Source of the DNA: Halieaceae bacterium
GTDB taxonomy: Bacteria > Pseudomonadota > Gammaproteobacteria > Pseudomonadales > Halieaceae
Assembly (NCBI GenBank): GCA_047618115.1
Contig: JBLHKV010000001.1
Coordinates: 267-64,266, forward strand
DNA: 64,000 nucleotides
Direction: 5' to 3'
The notes under the pieces are model-generated. The model was not told the DNA's origin. It ran no database searches and was given only the letters and a program-made list of their open reading frames with translations. Made by a program: the position numbers and the translations under genes. Of the stretch, positions 10,011 through 17,454 are shown piece after piece (the stretch's first letter is position 1; every line of letters starts with the position of its first letter).

Positions 10011-10790
10011 CTATCGCGGCTGCATGCGAATAGCACCATCAAGACGAATGGTTTCGCCGTTCATATAGCCATTGCGAATCAGTTCCAGCGCCATGCTGGC
10101 ATATTCGTCTGCCGATCCCAGACGAGGCGGGAATGGCACCATTGCGCCCAGTGATTGCTTCATCTCCGGTGTTGCCCTCGCCATGGCCGGCGTGTCAAAA
10201 ATCCCAGGCTGGATAGTGTTGACGCGAATCCCCTCGCGGGACAGGTCCCGGGCGATGGTCAGCGTCATGCCAACGATTGCGGCCTTGGAAGCGGAGTAGG
10301 CCGCCTGACCCATCTGCCCGTCAGTAGCGGCAGCCGAGGCGGTGTTCACCATTGTCCCGCGCTCACCGTCTATCGGTTCAAGTTCCATCATCCCCGCCGC
10401 CGCCCGGGTGATACAGCGGAAGGTACCGACCGTATTGAGCTTCAACACCCACTCGAACTTATCGGAGGGGAAAATACTAATTTCGCCGGTTTCTTTGTCC
10501 CGCTTGACGGTGCGAATGGCATTACCACCACCGGCGCAGCAGATGAGTACCCTCTCCTGCCCCTGGGCCGCCCGCGCTTGGACAAAGGCCTGATCAACAC
10601 TTTCATCGGACAGCACATCACACTTGCAAAAAGTTGCACCGACCTCCTCCGCAACGCTTTCGCCAATCTCCTCGTTGAGATCAAATATTGCAACCTTAGC
10701 TCCTGCTGCGCGCAGCGCCTTGACTGAAGCCAATCCCAGGCCAGAAGCACCACCGGTAACGATAGCTGAGGTTGAGGAATCAATTTTCAT
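10011..10790 (-). CDS. SDR, 3-hydroxyacyl-CoA dehydrogenase type II / 17beta-HSD10-like
   Basis: Start re-called to the ATG at 10790 (GGAG 7 nt upstream). MKIDSSTSAIVTGGASGLGLASVKALRAAGAKVAIFDLN. The subfamily assignment is by resemblance only. Confidence 0.85.
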   Translation of the reverse strand: MKIDSSTSAIVTGGASGLGLASVKALRAAGAKVAIFDLNEEIGESVAEEVGATFCKCDVLSDESVDQAFVQARAAQGQERVLICCAGGGNAIRTVKRDKETGEISIFPSDKFEWVLKLNTVGTFRCITRAAAGMMELEPIDGERGTMVNTASAAATDGQMGQAAYSASKAAIVGMTLTIARDLSREGIRVNTIQPGIFDTPAMARATPEMKQSLGAMVPFPPRLGSADEYASMALELIRNGYMNGETIRLDGAIRMQPR

Positions 10791-10934
10791 ATTATTCTCC
10801 GTCATTAAGCGATTAAACTGGGGCCTGCTTGAATTTTTTACCCCGTGACGTTTATATCCCAACCGCCAATACTATGCAACAGTGTTGTTGATCTATATAC
10901 TACTGAGGTTATAACACCGCAGGAGCGCACGAGC

Positions 10935-12161
10935 ATGACAGCAATAATGAAGGGGATCCGGGTCCTCGAAGTGGCCCAAATGACCTTTGTTCCCGCGGCA
11001 GGAGCCATACTCGCCGACTGGGGTGCCGATGTCATCAAGATCGAGCACCCGCAACGAGGTGACTCCCAACGTGGCTTTGTCAACATGGGCGGTATCAAGG
11101 TCAATCCCAAGCGCAGCCCATTCGTGGAGCACCCTAACCGCGGTAAGCGCAGCGTAGGCGTTGATATTACCAAGCCAGAAGGTATGGAAGTGATCTACGA
11201 ACTGGCCAAAACGGCCGACGTTTTTCTTACCAACTACCTCCCTGGCAAACGGCAGAAGCTAAAATTCGACATTGAGCACATCCGGGCGGCTAACCCAAAC
11301 ATCATCTATGCTCGCGGTAGCGCCTATGGCGACAAAGGGCCCCAGCGCGATGTTGGCGGCTTCGACGGTACGGCGTTCTGGAATCGCAGTGGCATTGCTA
11401 CCGCCATGTCACCGGAGGAATTAAACGGCACGATCTCCCAGGGTATTCCCGCTTTCGGTGACTCGATTGGCGGCATGAATATCGCTGGCGGCATATCCGC
11501 GGCACTATTCCACCGGGAACGCACGGGCGAGGCACTGGAGATTGACGTTTCCCTGTTGAGTTCTGCATGGTGGGCGGCGGGCACATCTATCGACATGGGC
11601 CTCGACTGTGGACAAGTTATGCGTAACCGCATGCCTTCTTCTGGTGGCAATCCTGGCAACCCGTTCATGGGTAACTACACCACCTCGGACGGCGGCATCA
11701 TCAATATGTGCACACTGACTCCAGGGCCACACCTACGCAGCGTGTTTGAACACATCGGCCTCCCCGAGGCAGCCGATGATCCGCGTTTCTCCACCGCGGA
11801 AGCCCTGATGGAAAACTGGGAGCCCGCCAGCGACCTCATCCGGGATAAATTTGCTGAGAAGACCTTCGACTACTGGCGTGAGCATCTCAATACGATGACT
11901 GGCCAGTGGGCGCCGGTTCTGGATTTACTACAGATCGCCGAGGACGAACAGGCCCTGGCCAACGACATGCTGTTTGAAGTTGAAGCGAGTGACGGCGGCG
12001 AACCTATCAAACTTGTGCGCGGACCGATTCAGTTCAATCACGAACCGGTAAAGACGACTCGCGCACCGGAAGCATCAGAACACACTGAGATCGTGCTGAT
12101 GGAAATGGGTATGGATTGGGATAAAATCGAAAGCCTGAAGGAAATAGGCGCGATTGCCTGA
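10935..12161 (+). CDS. family III CoA-transferase (CaiB/BaiF type)
   Basis: Start re-called to the ATG at 10935 (AGGAG at 10921). MKGIRVLEVAQMTFVPAAGAILADWGADVIKIE is the hallmark N-terminus. Confidence 0.88.
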   Translation: MTAIMKGIRVLEVAQMTFVPAAGAILADWGADVIKIEHPQRGDSQRGFVNMGGIKVNPKRSPFVEHPNRGKRSVGVDITKPEGMEVIYELAKTADVFLTNYLPGKRQKLKFDIEHIRAANPNIIYARGSAYGDKGPQRDVGGFDGTAFWNRSGIATAMSPEELNGTISQGIPAFGDSIGGMNIAGGISAALFHRERTGEALEIDVSLLSSAWWAAGTSIDMGLDCGQVMRNRMPSSGGNPGNPFMGNYTTSDGGIINMCTLTPGPHLRSVFEHIGLPEAADDPRFSTAEALMENWEPASDLIRDKFAEKTFDYWREHLNTMTGQWAPVLDLLQIAEDEQALANDMLFEVEASDGGEPIKLVRGPIQFNHEPVKTTRAPEASEHTEIVLMEMGMDWDKIESLKEIGAIA

Positions 12162-12199
12162 ATTCTCGGCCTTAACTATTAAAAACTTGCGAGAGAACG

Positions 12200-12490
12200 A
12201 TGAAACCTGGAACAAAACTCAAGAGCACAGTATGCGACACTGAAGTCATGGTCATTCGCAGTACCGATGCTGTCGTCGAGTGCGGCGGAGCACCGATGGC
12301 AGAGGATAAACCAGACAATGGCGGCGACCTGGACCCGGAATTTGCCAACGGCTCCCAGATGGGTAAGCGCTACGTCGATGAGCAGGGCACGATTGAGCTG
12401 CTCTGCGTAAAGCCCGGCAAAGGGTCACTGTCGATCGCAGGTGCTGCGCTGGCAGTCAAGGATGCAAAACCACTGCCCTCCTCCGACTGA
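12200..12490 (+). CDS. hypothetical small protein (96 aa)
   Basis: Track ORF sitting tightly between the CoA-transferase and the acyl-CoA ligase. No recognisable motif. Confidence 0.5.
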   Translation: MKPGTKLKSTVCDTEVMVIRSTDAVVECGGAPMAEDKPDNGGDLDPEFANGSQMGKRYVDEQGTIELLCVKPGKGSLSIAGAALAVKDAKPLPSSD

Positions 12491-12500
12491 GGCCAGCGCT

Positions 12501-13997
12501 ATGAATATTACCCTGTTGCTACAGATGGCCGCAAACACTGCCCCCGATCGAGTCGCCCTTGTCTGCGATGGCAGGCGCTGGACTTACGGCGAATTAATGT
12601 CCACAGCGCGCGGCGCCGCTGACTATCTGTCCAGCAATAATTGCTCCTATGTCGCCCTGCTCGATGAAAGCAGCGAAGCAGCACCCATTGCACTGTTCGG
12701 TGCTGCTATAGCAGGAGTTCCCTACGTCCCTCTCAATTATCGTCTGGCAGATACAGATCTTGCCGCCCTGCTCGCCCGCATTGAACCTGCAAGCGTCATT
12801 GGCGACATCGACAGGATGGCACGCCTGGAGATTGGGTGCGGGCATACCTGCATTACCCGCGCCGATTTTGTGGCCGCATCCGAAGCAGCGGCAACGACCG
12901 AAGAAAAAGAACCGGCCGAAGGAGAAGGCATCGCGGCGCAAATTTTCACCAGTGGCACAACGGCCGCTCCCAAGGCTGCCCTGCTGCGACACTCCAATTT
13001 GATGGGATATATTCTCGGCACTGTAGAGTTCTGCTCTGCCAGCGAGGAAGATTCCCAACTGGTGTGTGTCCCTCCCTACCACATCGCCGGTATCTCAGCG
13101 CTGCTGAGCTCGATTTATGCTATGCGGCGAATCGTCATGCTACCGGCCTTCGAGCCCGACAAATGGCTGGAGCTTATTGCCTGTGAAAGTGTCAGCAATG
13201 CTTTCGTGGTTCCAACCATGCTGTCCCGCATTATCGAGCGCCTCGATGCAGGAGTAACAGCCGACCTTTCCACACTGCAATCCATCGCCTACGGTGGTGG
13301 ACGCATGCCCACAGAACTGATCGAGCAGGCTCTGGCGCTGTTTCCGGAAACCAACTTTACCAACGCCTACGGCCTGACCGAGACCAGCTCTACCATCGCA
13401 TTACTGAGCCCGGCGGATCATCGGCTTGCACAGAGCTCCTCTGATCCGGCCATCAGGGCACGACTGGGCTCCGTCGGGCAGCCATTGCCCACGGTTGAAA
13501 TTGAAATTCGCGATGAAGATGGACGCCAATTACCCGCGGAAGAGCGAGGTGAAATTTATGTCCGGGGTGAGCAAGTCTCAGGCGAATACCGTGGCCGCAG
13601 TGCACTGGATGCCCAGGGCTGGTTTCCCACCCGGGATGCTGGCTGGCTGGATGAGGATGGATACTTATTCCTGAGTGGTCGCACCGACGACGTCATTGTG
13701 CGTGGCGGCGAGAATATCTCTCCGGGTGAAATAGAGGATGTGCTCATCTCTCATCCTGCCATTGCCGATGCAGCGGCGGTAGGCGTTTTCTCTGAGGAAT
13801 GGGGTGAAATCGTGGGCATTGCCGTCGTAGCCAAACCCAACCAGAAAGTACCTGGGGACGATGAGTTGCGCGCACTGATTAAAGACCGGTTGCGCTCTTC
13901 GCGCGTCCCGAAAAAGATCAAGATTCTATCCGAACTACCCTACAATGAAATGGGCAAATTATTGCGACGAGAAATTCGCACCATGTTTCAAGAATGA
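12501..13997 (+). CDS. AMP-dependent acyl-CoA synthetase/ligase
   Basis: Start re-called to the ATG at 12501 (MNITLLLQMAANTAPDRVALV). AMP-binding motif IFTSGTTAAPKAA. Also GYLFLSGRTDDVIVRGGENISPGEIE. Confidence 0.9.
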   Translation: MNITLLLQMAANTAPDRVALVCDGRRWTYGELMSTARGAADYLSSNNCSYVALLDESSEAAPIALFGAAIAGVPYVPLNYRLADTDLAALLARIEPASVIGDIDRMARLEIGCGHTCITRADFVAASEAAATTEEKEPAEGEGIAAQIFTSGTTAAPKAALLRHSNLMGYILGTVEFCSASEEDSQLVCVPPYHIAGISALLSSIYAMRRIVMLPAFEPDKWLELIACESVSNAFVVPTMLSRIIERLDAGVTADLSTLQSIAYGGGRMPTELIEQALALFPETNFTNAYGLTETSSTIALLSPADHRLAQSSSDPAIRARLGSVGQPLPTVEIEIRDEDGRQLPAEERGEIYVRGEQVSGEYRGRSALDAQGWFPTRDAGWLDEDGYLFLSGRTDDVIVRGGENISPGEIEDVLISHPAIADAAAVGVFSEEWGEIVGIAVVAKPNQKVPGDDELRALIKDRLRSSRVPKKIKILSELPYNEMGKLLRREIRTMFQE

Positions 13998-14035
13998 TAG
14001 GCAACCCCACGGTAAGTTAACGAGGTGACAGAAAC

Positions 14036-14293
14036 ATGAAAGACATGATGACCTCCCAGGATCCCGACTGTCCGTTCGAGTTCAACTTTGACGCCGCCAC
14101 TTTCAAAGCCGGGGATATCGTGAGCTACCGAGTGCCGGAAGCCTTCGATGAAATGCCCTTTGTCGGCGAATTACTCGAAGTGCATGAGACCTATGTGATC
14201 CTGCAACACTACGGCGAAACTTCGGAGCATTCCCGCCCCATGCATGGCACACGTGAAGATCGCCCGGTGGTCAGCAAGGCCGAAGCGCTATGA
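14036..14293 (+). CDS. hypothetical small protein (85 aa), translationally coupled to the P450
   Basis: Track ORF. Its stop overlaps the P450 ATG (ATGA at 14290..14293). No recognisable motif. Confidence 0.45.
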   Translation: MKDMMTSQDPDCPFEFNFDAATFKAGDIVSYRVPEAFDEMPFVGELLEVHETYVILQHYGETSEHSRPMHGTREDRPVVSKAEAL

Positions 14294-15504
14294 AAAGTAA
14301 TTCCGCCGACAAGCCAATCTCTTTTGACCCTTACCAGAGCGAACTCGCCAGAGATCCCTACCCCATGTACAGGCGGATGCGCGATGAAGCGCCTCTGTAC
14401 TACAACGAGGAATACGATTTTTATGCCTTGAGTCGAGCCGTCGATGTGAAAGCCGCGCAGATGGACCATGAAACCTTCAGCTCTGCGCGCGGCGGCATCC
14501 TTGAGCTGATTCAAGCGAACATGGAACTGCCACCCGGCATCTTTATCTTTGAAGATCCACCTTTACACACGGCGCATCGCAGCATCGTATCCCGCTTGTT
14601 CTCACCGCGCAGAATGCGGGATCTAGAACCCATGATTCGCGACTTCACGACAAGCACACTGGATAAACTCATCGGCAGGCAGGAGATAGATTTTATCGCC
14701 GATATCGGAGCCCAGATTCCCATGCGAGTTATCGGCGCTCTGCTGGGGATTCCAGAGGAGGATCTACAGACCATTCGCCAGGCCGCAGACGACAGACTCA
14801 CCACCGAAGAGGGGAAACCCATTGATTACGAAACGACGCCGATCGGTGAGATGAGCGAGTTCGAGGGCTATATCGACTGGCGCATGGATAATCCGTCCGA
14901 TGATGTAATGACAGAATTTCTAAATGTCGAATTCGTCGATGACACAGGGAGTACACGCAAATTGCGGCGGGAAGAGATTCTTTCTTTTTGCAATGTGCTG
15001 GCGGGTGCCGGCAATGAGACCACGAGCCGGCTGATGGGCTGGAGTGCAAAACTTCTCGCCGACCATCCCGACCAGCGCAGTGAATTGGCCGCAAATCCTG
15101 CACTGATTCCAAACGCTATCCAGGAAATACTACGGTTTGAACCCGTGGGCCACTCCACTGCCCGGTATGTCACAAAGGACGTCGAATACTATGGCACAGC
15201 GGTACCTGCCGGCAGTGCAATGATGCTCGTACTGGCCTCGGCAAATCGTGACGAGCGGCAAATTTCAGACCCTGAGCGCTTTGATATTCATCGCGACAGG
15301 ACCACCCATATGACTTTTGGCTACGGCATTCACGCCTGCCCCGGGAACGCATTGGCGCGCCTGGAGGGGATGATTTTCCTTGAGGAAATGTTAAAGCGTT
15401 TCCCCGAGTGGGATATCGACATGGGCAGGGCTGAACTCAGTTGCACATCCACGGTACGTGGTTGGGAAACGTTACCCGCCTTCGTCAGGGCAAAATCCGC
15501 CTGA
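14290..15504 (+). CDS. cytochrome P450
   Basis: 404 aa. Haem-thiolate loop FGYGIHACPGNALARLE. ExxR motif in QEILRFEP. Confidence 0.95.
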   Translation: MKSNSADKPISFDPYQSELARDPYPMYRRMRDEAPLYYNEEYDFYALSRAVDVKAAQMDHETFSSARGGILELIQANMELPPGIFIFEDPPLHTAHRSIVSRLFSPRRMRDLEPMIRDFTTSTLDKLIGRQEIDFIADIGAQIPMRVIGALLGIPEEDLQTIRQAADDRLTTEEGKPIDYETTPIGEMSEFEGYIDWRMDNPSDDVMTEFLNVEFVDDTGSTRKLRREEILSFCNVLAGAGNETTSRLMGWSAKLLADHPDQRSELAANPALIPNAIQEILRFEPVGHSTARYVTKDVEYYGTAVPAGSAMMLVLASANRDERQISDPERFDIHRDRTTHMTFGYGIHACPGNALARLEGMIFLEEMLKRFPEWDIDMGRAELSCTSTVRGWETLPAFVRAKSA

Positions 15505-15878
15505 CCGATAAAAGCTGCCTACATTACAGTATATTGCCTTTCTCCAGGACATCCTGGGGTTCTAGTGTTGAATTGCGTGGAAGGACGCTGACCCGACTGC
15601 TTGAGGAAGGCCAATTGGGCACGTTGAGAAATGTTTCACTGCCACCTCGAGTAAGCAGAACAACCTCCACCGTACCAGTGCCTCCCGACACAGCTGGGAT
15701 GAACACATCGACCCCGGTCAACACATTCAGGCCGTCAATGAACAACTCGTCGCTCAACGCGCCCTGCTCACCGCAGAATTCTCGCTGGCGGAATATCACC
15801 AACCCCGTTGAATCATCCGCCCTGGGCAAAAGGGAACATCAACTTTCATCGTTATTATCCTTTGCGATCAGCGTTTTA

Positions 15879-15898
15879 AGTACCCGCGAGTACCCGCG
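15879..15898. repeat. perfect tandem duplication AGTACCCGCG x2
   Basis: 15879-15888 is identical to 15889-15898. It lies inside the 570-bp non-coding stretch 15505..16075. Confidence 0.9.
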
Positions 15899-15932
15899 CC
15901 ACCACTATTGACACACTCGGCCTCATTTACTA

Positions 15933-15949
15933 TGTTACATAGCGTATCA
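15933..15949. promoter_or_regulatory. inverted repeat TGTTAC-n5-GTATCA followed by TATAT; candidate operator upstream of the SDR-SnoaL-TonB receptor genes
   Basis: Same architecture and spacing as the perfect site TGATAC-n5-GTATCA at 21773..21789. Both are followed by the identical run GTATCATATAT. Statistical support is weak (see findings). Confidence 0.35.
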
Positions 15950-16075
15950 TATATATTTACTATCTATGAGAGCCAATAAACACCGGAAATCAAAGTCACC
16001 ACCCGACTAAGGCCAGCCTCATCACTCGCAGGTTCAAAGCCCTACACCCGACCCTCAAACCAAGGTGAGCTAGAA

Positions 16076-16849
16076 ATGCAGACCAACGACCAAGGTGCTT
16101 TCGGTTTTGCGGGACGTGTCGTTCTGGTAACCGGGGGGGGCAGCGGCATCGGTGCAGGCATTGCCGAGATGCTTGCAGAGGCTGGCGCCACCGTCGTGAT
16201 TGCCGATATCAACGCGGTGCAGGCACAGCGTCAGGTAGACGCCCTACTCCAGGTTGGGCACCAGGCCGGTCATGTCCAGGTCGATCTGGCCGAAGAAGAC
16301 TCAATTGTGCGGGCCTGTGATGAGGTTGTCGCCACCTACGGCTCACCCTGGGCACTGGTAAACAATGCGGGATTACAGGACCGCCAACTACTTTTAGACG
16401 GTACCGCGGCAGAGTGGGACCGTGTTAACGCTGTGAACGCACGGGGTCCGTTTCTGATGACACGGGAGATCGCACGAGCGATGGTAGACCGAGGTGAAGG
16501 GGGACGGATCGTCCATATCGCCTCAGCTGCCCTGATCGGTTCGCTGACCAGAGGGCACGCAATCTACGCCGCCTCCAAGTCTGCGCTGCTCGGCCTCATG
16601 CGCGCCAGCGCACTGGAACTCGCCGAACATGCCATCACTGTTAACACCATCCTGCCCGGGGGAGTCGCAACTCCCGGGGCAATAGGAGCAAAGGGGCCAA
16701 CGCCGGAAGGTCCAGGGCGGCGGAGACCACCACTGGGCATGTGCGAGCCGCGCGATATCGGGGCAGCGGTGCAGTTCCTTGCCTCTCCTGCCGCGAGATC
16801 GATTACCAATCAGGCCTTCGCAGTGGATGGGGGTTGGTCGGTAACATGA
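16076..16849 (+). CDS. short-chain dehydrogenase/reductase (SDR)
   Basis: 257 aa. VVLVTGGGSGIGAGIAEMLAEAGATVVIADIN. Catalytic YAASK. Confidence 0.9.
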   Translation: MQTNDQGAFGFAGRVVLVTGGGSGIGAGIAEMLAEAGATVVIADINAVQAQRQVDALLQVGHQAGHVQVDLAEEDSIVRACDEVVATYGSPWALVNNAGLQDRQLLLDGTAAEWDRVNAVNARGPFLMTREIARAMVDRGEGGRIVHIASAALIGSLTRGHAIYAASKSALLGLMRASALELAEHAITVNTILPGGVATPGAIGAKGPTPEGPGRRRPPLGMCEPRDIGAAVQFLASPAARSITNQAFAVDGGWSVT

Positions 16850-16925
16850 ATGCAGGTAGCCGATCCCAACGAATCGCGGGGTAAACCTATACGAAAACCC
16901 GAGTAATTACTCCCGGAGGTTCCGA

Positions 16926-17375
16926 ATGCACGAGACCCAACTTAACGACCATGTGGCCATTTGCGAAACCAAGGCGCGATATTGCCGCACACTGGACACC
17001 AAAGACTGGGAAGGCTACACAGACGTCTTCACTGAACATTTGGTGCTCGATACCACCCCCGCCGGCGGTTACGAGGTGCATGGTCGCGTGGACGCAGTGC
17101 GACTAGTTCAGGAATCGCTGGATAACGCCAACACTGTACACCACGTCCACTCTCCCGAGATTCGCATCGATAAAGATACCGCGGAAGTCATTTGGGCAAT
17201 GCAGGACCGTGTGGTCTGGAGCCCAGGGAAAGCCGAGAAAATGGGCAACCAGGGGCATACTGGCTACGGCCACTACCACGAACGCTATGTCCGATGCCCA
17301 GATGGTCGCTGGCGCATCTCCCATCTGCGGCTGACACGATTGCACGTCGATGTGCACCCGGGTACGACGACGTAA
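16926..17375 (+). CDS. SnoaL-like / NTF2-fold protein
   Basis: 149 aa. LNDHVAICETKARYCRTLDTKDWEGYTDVF is typical of SnoaL_4-type proteins. Confidence 0.75.
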   Translation: MHETQLNDHVAICETKARYCRTLDTKDWEGYTDVFTEHLVLDTTPAGGYEVHGRVDAVRLVQESLDNANTVHHVHSPEIRIDKDTAEVIWAMQDRVVWSPGKAEKMGNQGHTGYGHYHERYVRCPDGRWRISHLRLTRLHVDVHPGTTT

Positions 17376-17454
17376 CAAACAATATTATTCTGAATTTCAA
17401 AGCAGATCATTTAAAGAACCAGGCATCGCCACTGCGAAAATGGAGTAGCTGATC

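Noticed and set aside
10877-10887. CAACA-n-TGTTG palindromes in promoter regions (10877-10887 CAACAGTGTTG, 35870-35880 CAACATTGTTG, 497-507 CAACGTTGTTG), plus ACAACACC-like 8-mers at 50998-51005 and TTATAACACC at 10909-10918, as a possible island-wide operator related to the 2208 palindrome
   Set aside because: Back-of-envelope statistics show that 5+5 palindromes and near-identical 11-13-mers are expected several times by chance, even within the ~3 kb of intergenic DNA. The spacing also differs from the 2208 site. This is not reportable without genome-wide motif enrichment or binding data.
15441-15911. ORFs 15441..15911 (plus) and 15524..15829 (minus) in the long spacer after the P450
   Set aside because: The plus-strand ORF overlaps the P450 3' end and is Ser/Thr/Pro/Arg-rich nonsense. 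The minus-strand ORF needs a TTG start, has no SD and shows only a vague resemblance to a dinucleotide-binding fold. At best it is gene debris (see the finding), so it is not called as a CDS.
16901-16912. Perfect 12-bp palindrome GAGTAATTACTC upstream of the SnoaL-like gene
   Set aside because: 6+6 zero-spacer palindromes are expected about 15 times by chance in 64 kb, and there is no second copy or regulator context.
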